64,000 nucleotides of DNA from Zygnema circumcarinatum SAG 698-1b (lineage: Eukaryota > Plantae > Zygnematophyceae): assembly GCA_037447605.1 (NCBI GenBank), contig CM074807.1:2986327-3050326 (forward strand), written 5' to 3'. A model generated the notes under the pieces. It saw only the letters and a program-made list of their open reading frames with translations. It was not told the origin of the DNA and ran no database searches. Of the stretch, positions 25,989-36,839 are shown in pieces (the stretch's first letter is position 1; every line of letters starts with the position of its first letter). The position numbers and the translations under genes were made by a program.

Positions 25989-26571
25989 GGCAGCGAGACG
26001 ATGGCGACTACTCCAGCTCTCCTGCTCCTCCGCCTGCTTACCGCCACACTGCTGGCCGCCAGGTGGCGCCCTCCCATTGGCCCTCGCCGGGGGGCACATT
26101 TTCTGAGGGCCACGGAAAGGGGCGGGCGCGTCCGCCTCCAACCAAAACAGCGGAGCCGTACGGACCGCCAAAAACGGCCGTCGCCAACGACCGTACTATT
26201 TCGTACGGAAACCAAATAAATGGCAGCCGTCGGATCGAGAAATTTGGACGTTCTGGACCGTCCGATCGACCGGTGCTGAATACCGCGGAAGACGGATGTA
26301 CGGCCGTCACGAAGCGTATGACCGTACAGGGACAGGGAAGGGGACAGGGTGACAATGACGTCATTCATACGAAAACACAAGTGTGCCTTGTCTGTAGCGG
26401 TTCGCGAAAATTAAAGTTAGGAAAAATGTGCGGTTCCGAATTGTTCTTTGGTTCGCTTAAATTAGGGCTGGAGGGTCCAATGGCGGGACGGGGGCCGGCG
26501 GCGCGGAGGCAGGTCTTGGAGCAGCAGGCAGCCGGGCCGAGTCAGTCGACAAGGGCTGGAGGAGCTATGGA

Positions 26572-26822
26572 TAGGGTTAGGGGTTAGGGGTTAGGGTTAG
26601 AGTTAGGGTTAGATTAGGATTGGGGTTGAGGGTTAGGGTTGGAACCTTAGAGGTAGGGCTGGCTAGAGGTAGGGTTAGGGTTAGAGGTAGGGTTAGGGTT
26701 AGGGTTAGGTCTAAGGGTTAGGATTAGGGTTAAGGGGTAAGGGTTTGGGCTAGGGTTAAGAATTGGGGTTGGGTTAGGGTTAGGATTAGGAGTAGGATTA
26801 GGGTTAGGGTTAGGGTTAGGTT
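26572..26822 (+). repeat. Degenerate interstitial telomere-like (TTAGGG)n tract
   Basis: About 250 bp with roughly 13 perfect TTAGGG units plus variants (TTAGAG, TTAGGA, TTGGGG, GTAGGG). No TTTAGGG unit occurs inside the tract. Confidence 0.85.
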
Positions 26823-26994
26823 TCGTTGGAAAAGTTGATCGGTTGTCGATTAGTTCTAAAGAGTTCGGGGCCAAACTTTGGGCTTGCACATATGGTGGTG
26901 ATGATGGCAAATTAGCCGTGGATGAATCTCAAGAGCTCAGTCTCATAGCCGTTCAAACGTTTTCCTTAGTCATTTGTGACCGACCGGATCCTCG

Positions 26995-27070
26995 TGGTTC
27001 CTCATGTTGTTGTTGGCCATGTGCATTTGATGGCATCGCCATCTTAAGATCAATGCCAGATCCATTTCAT
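26995..27070. repeat. Dispersed ~77-bp repeat, copy A
   Basis: About 85% identical by eye, with one 3-nt indel, to 62435-62513, in the same orientation. Confidence 0.8.
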
Positions 27071-27837
27071 CTCAAGTTATATTTTGCATGCATGTATTTT
27101 CCTGGAATTGAACCGCCTGCAATAGTAGAAGGGCTTTACGGACATGGACGGGGATGTGAATGGATATGTGTATATGTGTGTATGTGTATGTGTTATTTGC
27201 ATGGGCATTGCTGGATTTTTCACGCATGTGCATGCATGGCATATCTGAATGTGCAATCCAAATCTGTTTGCGTGGCGATCGGACCACGCGATGACATCTT
27301 TGTCACGTGGTCAAGGATTATGCTAAGGATAATGTTCAGGACTTCGCGGCTCCACTTGCTCTGAAAGTTGCAAGGAGCCGAATACAAGTAAACATGAACT
27401 AAACCTGTCTGCTCCCAGCAGTTGAAAGTGACTGAATTGGGCACAAAGTTGGGCACAAAGAAACAGCCATGGAGCTCGTATTGCTCACTGCGAAGCAGGC
27501 GACTAGCTTCCCCATCCTCACCTGCTGACCATGAGCAAAAAAGGGAGCAGAAAAATAGATTCTAGCCGATCGACTACCAGCAGAGTCTAAAAAAGTAAAA
27601 ACTGTTTCTCTATGCTTAACAAAAGCAACGGCATCGCCTGCACGTTACTGCGCCGAACAGAGCTCAGAATCAGAATCGTATAGCGGATCAAATAGGCTCA
27701 ATGCCGAAGGTGAACATGAACGTGCCCTTGGGAAGCTCCATATAAAACGCAGCCGAATAAGGCATTATCGCCGTACTTCCTCAGTGCTGCTGGGGAATCA
27801 TTTGGGAAAAGAACAGCTCTTTGAAGTTTAGAGAGTT

Positions 27838-30800
27838 TCAAGCGGTGACTTTGGCATGAGCCGTGATCCATTGAACCATCGTGGCCACTCCAAACCCAGT
27901 GCCCCCCCCCTTCTTTTCGCTCCACACCGGCCCTGCAATGTCCAAATGGGCCCATGGAATCTCCTTGTCCACGAACTGTTCATAAACAACACGAGGACAA
28001 AGGTGTCAACTGCTTCATACTGTCGCATATTCCTCGGAGCTCGCCCAAGACTTGCAGTTTTGAACGGCACATGCAGTAAAGGTTGCAGCGAGGAGATGCA
28101 TGAGGATGAAGGACAGGGACGTTATTGGATGAATAGTCTGTGTAAAAGCTGGGTGACGCTGCCCTTCCAGAGAAATGCTGCCTGAAAACTAGCTAGGCGT
28201 CAAGCACCAAGGATTACCTCTTTCAAGAAAAGTGCTGCTGTGATGGAGCCTCCTGGACGGCCGCCAGTATTCACAGTATCGGCAATATTCGATTTCAGCA
28301 TTTCTCCATAGCCTTCCTCCATGGGCATTCTCCACAGCTTCTCTCCTGCAGCCTTAGAGGCTGCATCCAGCTCCTCAGACATCGAGTCATTTGGAGTGAA
28401 CATGCCTGCAGGCAGCGCCAACCCCATCGCAGCTGAGAAAATCAGTCACTCCTCCTCCTTGGGGTGCACCAATAAGGAGGCAAGGGAACAATTGACGAAC
28501 AGCTGTTTGGACAAGAGTGGTGAAAAGAAATGCTGAGTACGTGAGACCTCCCACGCGCAGCAAGCACAGGAAAACAATAGCGGATACAGACTTTCAAAAT
28601 CATCACGAAGGAGCAATCAGACCTGCAATGTCATTTCCGAGCGCAATGATGCAGGCGCCAGTCAATGTTGCCATATCCACAATCTGAAAAGCCACAAACA
28701 AGTTGTTAAAATTGATATAGAGGGAAGGGCAGCGGATCTTAAAACGAGTCTACCTCTGCAAGTTCCCACTGCTTCGTTGCTACTCTAAAGGGGCACCAAA
28801 GCACTTTCTGCCCCCACAAAAGAACTCAGGTGCTCCAATGCAGAATGACAGATGCACCTAAACATCGAGCAAACTTCCTTCTCCGCACCTTGAAGTTCGG
28901 ACTGTCATAATGTCATATTTTTGGGATAAGTTCGTTTAACAGCACTCAGAAGCCTTTCGTTATTTATCTTCTCTTCGGCTAACAATGAATTAGACCCCAT
29001 ATAAACCTAATGTACCTTGTGAAACTTGAGAGCTGGAGATGGCATCACAACAGACAATACACCAAATGCTTTTGGCAATAAAGAGCACATTCAACCAGTC
29101 ATTCAACTTCTCACCCCACCTTATTAGGGCCCAGCTTGCAGGCATAGACAAGAGCATCTGCAAGTGTGAGGCGGCCCTCCGCATCTGTGTTATTCACCTG
29201 CCATGATTCCAAGGATGGATAGTGAGAAAAACGGGAAATTGAGGCTGCCGCAGTCCATGTAAGGCTAGTGTCATGATCGATACCGAGCTGTTCTTATTAC
29301 AAATCTTCAATACTGAAGACTATGATGAAAAATCATTGGTTCCAAAAGTGACCCTCTTGGAAGAATGGACTGCCTTCAAACAACCCAAGTAACTATGCAA
29401 TTTCGCCTTCTCTCCTCTCAACTCACATAAGACCGCTGCACGTTGAAAACATATAGAAACAGTCCCTAATCTGTTACATTGTATGAAAGAAATAAATCCG
29501 ACGGCTTCAATACTGAAGCAACAAGCAGACCTTAGATACTAACCGCTTGCCAAAAACCGAGTTTTTGCTTCCCTGAACTAAAAAAAATATATATATTTGG
29601 CCTGACATGAAATAGCTCCACCCACCTCAATGGTTCTACCATTAGAAGCTGTCAAAATATCTCCTGGCCGCATGCCCGTTCCACTGATCATATTCTCACA
29701 GGCCGCAACAATAAAGTGGACCTGAGACACGTCAAGGCTTTCTTATAAGCGCCCAGTTCATCCTTTACAACGACACACGGAAACTGAATCTTGTAGAACT
29801 AGCATCTCTATTCGCAAAACACCTCCACGAATACAATCTATTGGTGTCTTTGCATTGAAGCGAAGCGAGGTAAAGCGAGGTGAAGCGAGGTATAGAAATC
29901 AACTCCAAATGAAGAGGAATAAGCCACCTTCAAGAGGACAACTCCTACCTCAACCCCAGGGGGTTGGAGAGCTCCGATAGCCTTAGCAGCTCCAAGTGTA
30001 GCTCCCGCTCCGCCCATGTCAAACTTCATGAGCTCTATCATGGAACCGGGGCCTGCCTTGATGTTGTAGCCTCCACTACAGCAACCACACAGAATCCCAC
30101 CGTCAGGGAACTAAGTAACATTGTTCTAGTTAGTTAGTTAGTTAGTCGTTCGTCGTGGAGGCCAAGAGCTCTGCCAATTTCTGCATATGCCTTGTCAAAG
30201 CAAGCATTTGCAAAGTCCAAAATAATGTGTATTGGATTGTAAAAAGCATATCGGACCCTAGTTCACCTGTCAAAAGTGAGTCCCTTCCCGATAACAGCGA
30301 GCTTTGTCTCAACAGGTCCTTCAGGAGTGTATTTAAGATGAATGAAGCGCGGTGGATTAGTAGAAGCAGCAGAAACTCCCAAATATGCGCCCATGCCAAG
30401 CTGCTCACACTCCTTCTCGTCGAGAATTGTTGCCGTCATAACATCGCTGTGTGCAAAAGCGATGGCTTCTGCCACTTCCGCAAGGGCGCCTATGCAAAAA
30501 ACCAATCAAATCTTAAGCTTGCTAAACATCAACAGCCAGTGGCGCATTAGCAAAGGCTTGTCACATGACAAGCGCGAAAATCACAGGCGATGCATTCCGG
30601 AGAGAGGCAATCTTTGGCAGCAAACTTTATAATTAAATGGATCACTAAGGGCGTTAAGCATATGGTATAATCTTCTTCCAGATGCATACTTGCAAGTATA
30701 ATTCGAATACTGCAAAGATGTAAAGTGGTTCAGCTCTGCAATCCCAGAAAGTAGTTTTCAGTACCGTGACGAGCTTTCAAACCGCTTCTCAAACCTGTCT

Positions 30801-32959
30801 TTGAACCAACAAGACGGCTTAACGTCAAATTTCGCTCATGAAAGATCACCCAACACGTCCAGACTCGCCCCTTGTGCCCTTCTTGCCCTTTACTTTGAGG
30901 AATACATACAAGGTGTCAAAACGTTGGCTGGGGCATTGACAAGCTGCTTGGTGAGGATGATGCCAGCAGCAACGCGGACAGCACGGCCAATCGCCTCGCT
31001 GATTTCTGCACTGCTGCCAAGGCCAAGAATGGCCACTGACTGCAGCGAGGGTGGCTTCACCTCAGCCTTAAATCTGGAGTCCTCAAACGCTCCAAGCAAT
31101 ACCCCTGCCATCAATCAAAGCATATTCAAACTATGTCAAGAAGCACAGTCCCTTCCGTTCCATGGGTGATGTAACATAGCACTACATGCAGGTAGCACGC
31201 CAAGCGTAAGTCATGAACAGCAAGAGCTCATCCTCACATAGCCTTGTCAATGGTGACATATAGGAGGTTCCGTGTGGTCCCGACTTCTCACCTTCAGAAA
31301 CGAAACCAGCTGCTGCTGCTGCTGTTGCATGTGCGAGGTCTGATGCACCAATGACGCCCAGCGCCGCTGTTACTGCTTTTGCCTGCTTTGCTGCAGTGGC
31401 AAGCACTCCGCCAACGCCTTTCCAAGCCCCTGCTGAAGATGCGTTTTCCTTCTTTCCCAGCCCTGCCAGTCCAATCCTCTTGACTCCCTGGCCTTGAAGC
31501 CTGACAATTACTGTCTGGCCTGGCTTGGCTTTGAATTCCTCTTCGGCTGCCACTTCGCTCAGAAGGCCTGCCAGAGCAGTGTCCACCTCTTTCAATGCAG
31601 GGTCAACAAAGTTGTTCGCGTCATCCAGAGCGTCCTGAAAGACTCCAATGAGGAGGAGGTCGCCCTTGAAATCCATGGGTGGAGTGTCAAGGCACTTGAA
31701 TTCAATCTGTAAAAGTAACAGGCAAGCACTAGTTCGATTATGTCATGGCCAATTCGCCGCTCTGAAAAAAATAACATATCTTCATAATCGGGAAAAGAAA
31801 ATAGACTTACTTATCCTTATACCAGCTCCTTTTCCATACTAGCTTACTCCTATTCTCCAAGGCCAAGGTCTTCATCAAGTTCTCAATTCTGTCCAATCTT
31901 CCAAACGTCGGCCTCCTTGATATCAGTCCCCTTTGCTTGATGTCCAATTAAGGAGTTCAGTTGAATTCCTTTTATTGTGTTCTAGACTTCCAGATGCCTA
32001 TACTGAGGTCTTGACAATACCTCCGGCACAGAAGGCTTGGACGGAGTTGTTAGGCCGACAGTGGTGGCACCATTTGAAGAGGCGGACGTAGCAGGTTGAG
32101 CGACTGTCAAGGGCACCTCCTGTGCACGAGCAACCAGACGGCGGACTGCCAACTCCTTGCATCGCTGCTCCTTTACAGAGGTGATGTGTCTACTTCTGAC
32201 AGCACTCCCAAACCAGCCTGTTGCAATGGAAACAGCAGCTTAAAGACAAGTTAAAATGAGCTGAATTAGTGAATGACAACGTTTCAGAAGTTACGTTGAA
32301 AACAATTGTTTGTTTCTCATTTGTTTACCTATTATGTCTGCATAAACAACGACACACAGGACGAAGGAGGATACATAAAGGAAAGAAAACGCCTAAGGTG
32401 CTAAAATACAAAAGCGCAATACCGCTTTGCGCCTTGATTCAGAAAGAAATCAAGGTTTATTCTTCTGGACATATTAGTTTCTCGTTTCGGCCCACTACAT
32501 TGCATGTAATTTGTATGCATGTCCTTCAAGATAAAAATTGTGACTATGGTTGACAAGGTGGAGGATAAGAATAGTTTTCGTCACACAACTGTGTGCTTCT
32601 AGAACGTCGTGTACCTTCATTAAATGCCATGCGTCAGAAACATGGCACTTGCCTTAAAAATTCTCAGCAGAGGCACGTTCGTGCTACTAGTAACATACTT
32701 TTAAATTCTCAGACATATGCTGGTTTTTTTACCACAAAATGCACCTAAATTACTGTGACATCAGATCCCTCTATACCCTCTGGAATAAACCAGCTCAATT
32801 CAGTTACGTACCATTCTGCAACTGTCTCAGCGGCAGCGAAACATTGCCACTTTCCCGCACTCCGCTTCTCCCATCCCTGCTGCTGCCTGTTGCAGGCAGA
32901 GGTGACGACAGACGAGCAGTCTGCGCTGGCAATAGCATGTCTGCCATCACTACTGCCAT
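27838..32959 (-). CDS. LAP: Leucyl aminopeptidase (M17 family) with N-terminal transit peptide, 11 exons
   Basis: Exons: 32812-32959, 32021-32217, 31292-31706, 30910-31104, 30267-30489, 29949-30075, 29626-29721, 29120-29197, 28623-28683, 28218-28405, 27838-27975. M17 signatures: [47 protein letters not shown]. Confidence 0.96.
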
Positions 32960-33245
32960 TTTCCGCAAAGCTCTCCCTCCGCCCCTCGCCACTTCTGGTG
33001 CCTTCCCCGAGCTTGCAGGCCGCGCCTTCCCTGCCAAGCAACCCGAGCCTAAGCAGGCGCCCTTGAACTTTGAAGCCTTGGAAATGTTCAAGGACGAGGG
33101 AAATGGCAGCAAGGTGAAGGGGGAGTGTGAGCCAATCAGGCCACGTGGCCCCGAGGGCACATGTGACCACAGTTTGTAAACACTGAACAGTACTGTAACT
33201 GCGAACTGGAGGTGAAACGGACGGTGTGGATGTCCTCCGCCGTAC

Positions 33246-33397
33246 CATATATAGGACGGCCAAGATGAATCCAGCGAGCCTGGCGTTTGGACGGCTCAGA
33301 TGCGTCCGGATGATTCCAATAGACGGTTAAGATTCATCCAGCGCGCTTGTAATGGGCCGTCGAGCATTTATCCATGTCGGAAATGAACGGTCAAGAT
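33246..33397 (-). promoter_or_regulatory. LAP upstream region: TATA-like box plus four RACGGYYMAGAT motifs
   Basis: TATATA near 33247-33252. Motif copies: GGACGGCCAAGAT (33254), GGACGGCTCAGAT (33289), AGACGGTTAAGAT (33321), GAACGGTCAAGAT (33385). A CCAAT plus G-box lies at 33132-33147. Confidence 0.55.
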
Positions 33398-34529
33398 GCG
33401 CCCCCTATGTACCAGGAAACTGCAAGGCCTCGTTTTCAGACCACCCTCCGCGGCAGCTGGTGAGGGGTCTTGGTCTAGGGCAAAAAACTAAGGGAGAAAA
33501 ACGTGTGCAAGTCTACGGCTGATAAGAAGATTACTACGCTGAAGTGGATAGGAATGGGAGCGAACCAAATGCTATGGCGGTTTACCGCCCCTTCTGTTTA
33601 TTCTTGTCCTTCATCTTTCCAAGTCTCAGATGGGCCTCGGTTAGTTTTGCATAACCAAAGACCTCAATGTGCACGCCTTGTTGAGCTTTTTAATATGGAC
33701 GAGAGCTTATAAGTCAGCCCTAAAAATTATCATATTTTTCTGGATCGAAGATCGGGAAGATAATGGCTCGTAGCGGTTGTCAGTAAGCTGCATGTCCATC
33801 ATGCGAAGCCCAAGCTATCCTCGTCTGTCCTCCTCCGTACTCCTCCACTCCAGCCATCTCTTAGATTTCACCGAGATGTTCAGAAAAACCTATGTCTTAA
33901 AATGATGGCCTGCTTGAACGCGATTTTATTCGTGTGTTTTGATATGAATACAACAGGCTCCTAAGAAGGCTGGTCGTTTCAAGGTTTTATGAATTCGGTT
34001 GGGGATCCCTCCATTTTAATTTCTTTAAATTAGCATACATGTCCTTATGCTACAACTGAAGCCAAGTGGCCCTACCAATCATCCCTAAGAATGTGATGAT
34101 CAAGTAAGCTGAATCTGGGGGGATCATCCATATGAATACAAAGATCATCCGTATGAATTTGGTTTTATGCCTGCGCCTTAGAATTTCCAACACCACTCAC
34201 GTGCCATTCATTGAGAACCATTTTCATTGCAAAAGTGGAATCATAAATTCGCTTTCCAAAAAACTTTGTACATGACGTTACACACTGAAGTATCAGCAAC
34301 TGGGGAGTGCAGCGCTCTACGTGCCAACAGCCTCCTCACATGCCTCTTCGAGGCTCACTTGCCCAAACCAAGCTCGACACGCACTCAACACTTTTATGTA
34401 CCACGCATTAATACAAACCTTCACACGTATGGCTATGGCCGTCTTTCTGACAGAGACGCTTCACACTCTCACATACAAACTTCACACCTTAACAGTCCAT
34501 TACTCTTTTGTGAGCCTTGACGCTGTCCA

Positions 34530-36139
34530 TTACTGTCCAGGCAAGTTGGACTTGGCATCCGCCACGACATTGTCAGCCTTGTCCTTAACCTTCTCCACCT
34601 CAGAGTTAGCCGATCCCGTCAAATTCTGCAAAAATGTTAAAACACATAGCTTTAGCGTCATATGCTCCCAGTCATGGGTGCTGTTCAGCATCATTAACTA
34701 TGAATGGTGAACCGCGTGAAACAATTCCAGCTATAACATCCGGTCTTACCTGGAAGGCACCCTGAATGGAGGAAAACAAGTTCGGCGATTGGTCGGTCAC
34801 ATTCGAAGCTTTGCTGGCCACATCGGACGCGCTGGACTTCACGTCATCCTGTGTTTCACACATGTGCCATCCAAATATTGACTCAACTCCAGCTGACTAT
34901 ATTTCGGCTTCGCACTTGTCATAAAGATGATTGATACAAAAACAGCCAAACGATTATTGAAAACAGCGACGAAAAAACGAAGGTTTATCCCGATAACACT
35001 GTCAGAGGAAACCGAGCCATAAGATTGCAAGAAATTCACCTGCACTTGTCCAACAATGTCTTTGGCCTGCTCGCCTGACTTGCCCACTCCTTGCTGAATT
35101 CCCTGCAAAGCCTGAGCAGGCCCACTGCCAGCCCTGCAAGCAGAAACGGTGCATTTCAGGTGACCTCTAAAGTACACGTACAGAACCGCAGAAAGTCACT
35201 GATGGTTTAGATGGCAGAGGCACTGGACTCAAGACGAGCCAAAAAGAGAGCAACTCCGCGCCTTATCCAGCAACTGGCTTCTCATTCATAGCAGCCAGTT
35301 TTTTTTAGCTCGTGCATTCTGTTAAATCACGAAGGCAGGAGCCTCACTTCTGAGCAAGCTGGGAGGTCTCGTCGGGAGCAGATCTGCCTGGGCCAAATCG
35401 TGGAGGGGACTCATTTGTAGTCAGAGTGTCAGCAGCCTTCAGGAGCTCATCTGCCTTGTTTGCAGTTCGCTCCGCTCCATCAATGCCAGGGCCGGATGTT
35501 GCAAGGGAAGATCCACTAAGGGTGACGGAAAGAGCCGCGGCTGCTCCGACAAGGGAGCTTATGAAGACGCCAGTTTTGCTCGGTTGCGCTGACTCGACCT
35601 CCTGCAAAAAAGAAACAACCCGTAAGAATAGCGCTCAATATAAAATGATGCAGTAATGTAGAGCGGTTGAATTAAACAGAACAAAGAAATATACAGGGCA
35701 ATGCTGCATCTCCTATTTCGAGTAAAAATTTGTTTGCGACCAGCCATCTTGCTTACGACTGCAGTGTTAATTCCAGAAACAAAGTGGAAACTTTGCAAGA
35801 CAGGATGCTCACAGAGACTTCAAGAAATGTGAAAATATTTCAAGATAGGAAACAACTCATGTCTGACCGCCTGCCTTAACCTGAAAATCAGTGCTGTAGC
35901 AGACGAATCTTTCATTGCAACCTGCTGATAGACATATATACAAACGCTCATCTTCATCAAAAAACGGATCATACCTCTGCGGATGCACGAATGGCTCTAT
36001 ATGCCACTCCGCGTGAAACAGAGCGCTGCTTTCCCATAAAAACGACAATGCCAGACTTGCCGTTTGGGCGAGCGCTTGGAAGCACTGCCGGCACGGAACA
36101 AGAAGCGGCCATGGTGGTTGCTGCAGTGATAGTTGCCAT
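34530..36139 (-). CDS. Plastid-targeted LEA-like hydrophilic protein (~235 aa), probable thylakoid-lumen signal
   Basis: Exons 35975-36139, 35348-35601, 35040-35133, 34750-34848 and 34530-34625 join in frame. A Ser/Ala/Arg-rich transit peptide (MATITAATTMAASCSVP...AYRAIRASAE) is followed by a hydrophobic VFISSLVGAAAALSVTLSGSSLA segment and an A/S/D/K/Q-rich amphipathic mature part. Confidence 0.8.
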
Positions 36140-36330
36140 ACTGATGATTTGCGCAACTCAGAAAGGTGCGTGAATAGAAAAACTGCAGAAAATATTCCTC
36201 TTCAAAGCTTTTTGCACTTGTCTCCAACGCTGCAAGTTTGAAACTCTTGCAGCCCCTTTTCAAGCCTTACGCCCTGCCAGGGCTGGGACAGGTGGCGGTT
36301 GGCGGTCGTTTCAAGGCCATGGCTAAGGGC

Positions 36331-36472
36331 GCCACGTGGCAGCTCAGGGAAGGACAGAAACGACAAGGAAGGTTCGAGAAGACTGCGGCTTCCAAGGGGC
36401 GGACCCCGAGCGCGCGACGCGTGGCACCGGCGGACTTCCCAGCAGGACAGCTCTCCACGTGGCGGCCACGTC
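36331..36472. promoter_or_regulatory. ABRE/G-box and CE3-like cluster in the LEA-like / ADH bidirectional promoter
   Basis: GCCACGTGGC at 36331, ACGCGTGGC (coupling-element-like) at 36417, CCACGTGGC at 36455 and GCCACGTC at 36465. Confidence 0.6.
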
Positions 36473-36839
36473 GGCGTTGTTGAGAACGCACTCAACGACA
36501 AAATGTCGGTGCCGCCCCACGCGACCACGAAAGCGACAAGTTTACATTTTGCACGCGGGTGAATTACCGCCGACAAGGTCTAGAAAAATCTGCAAATGTG
36601 TTCACACTGGGAAGCCAATGCCGGCCTTCGTCGTTGTCGGCGTAAGGGACAAGTTGAATACAGTACTGCAAAGGTGCATGTAGCGCGCTGTTACAGTTGG
36701 AGTTCAACTGGAAATGGATTTTCTTCCGGACGGTGCGCATGTGAATGCTGAGGGGGCACAGGCAGCCCCTTTCCCTGCCGGCCCTGCTCTGCTTTGGGAG
36801 CCGCTGCTCCCAAGCTACAGGGGAGGGCAGCGGGCAGCC

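Noticed and set aside
26647-26910. (PN)n-rich ORF on the minus strand
   Set aside because: It is a translation of the CCCTAA-like tract. The tract is also far too long and degenerate to be a telomerase RNA template.
26843-27700. A possible plus-strand gene after the telomeric tract (173-aa ORF and splice-like sites)
   Set aside because: I could not build a coherent spliced ORF with recognisable content.
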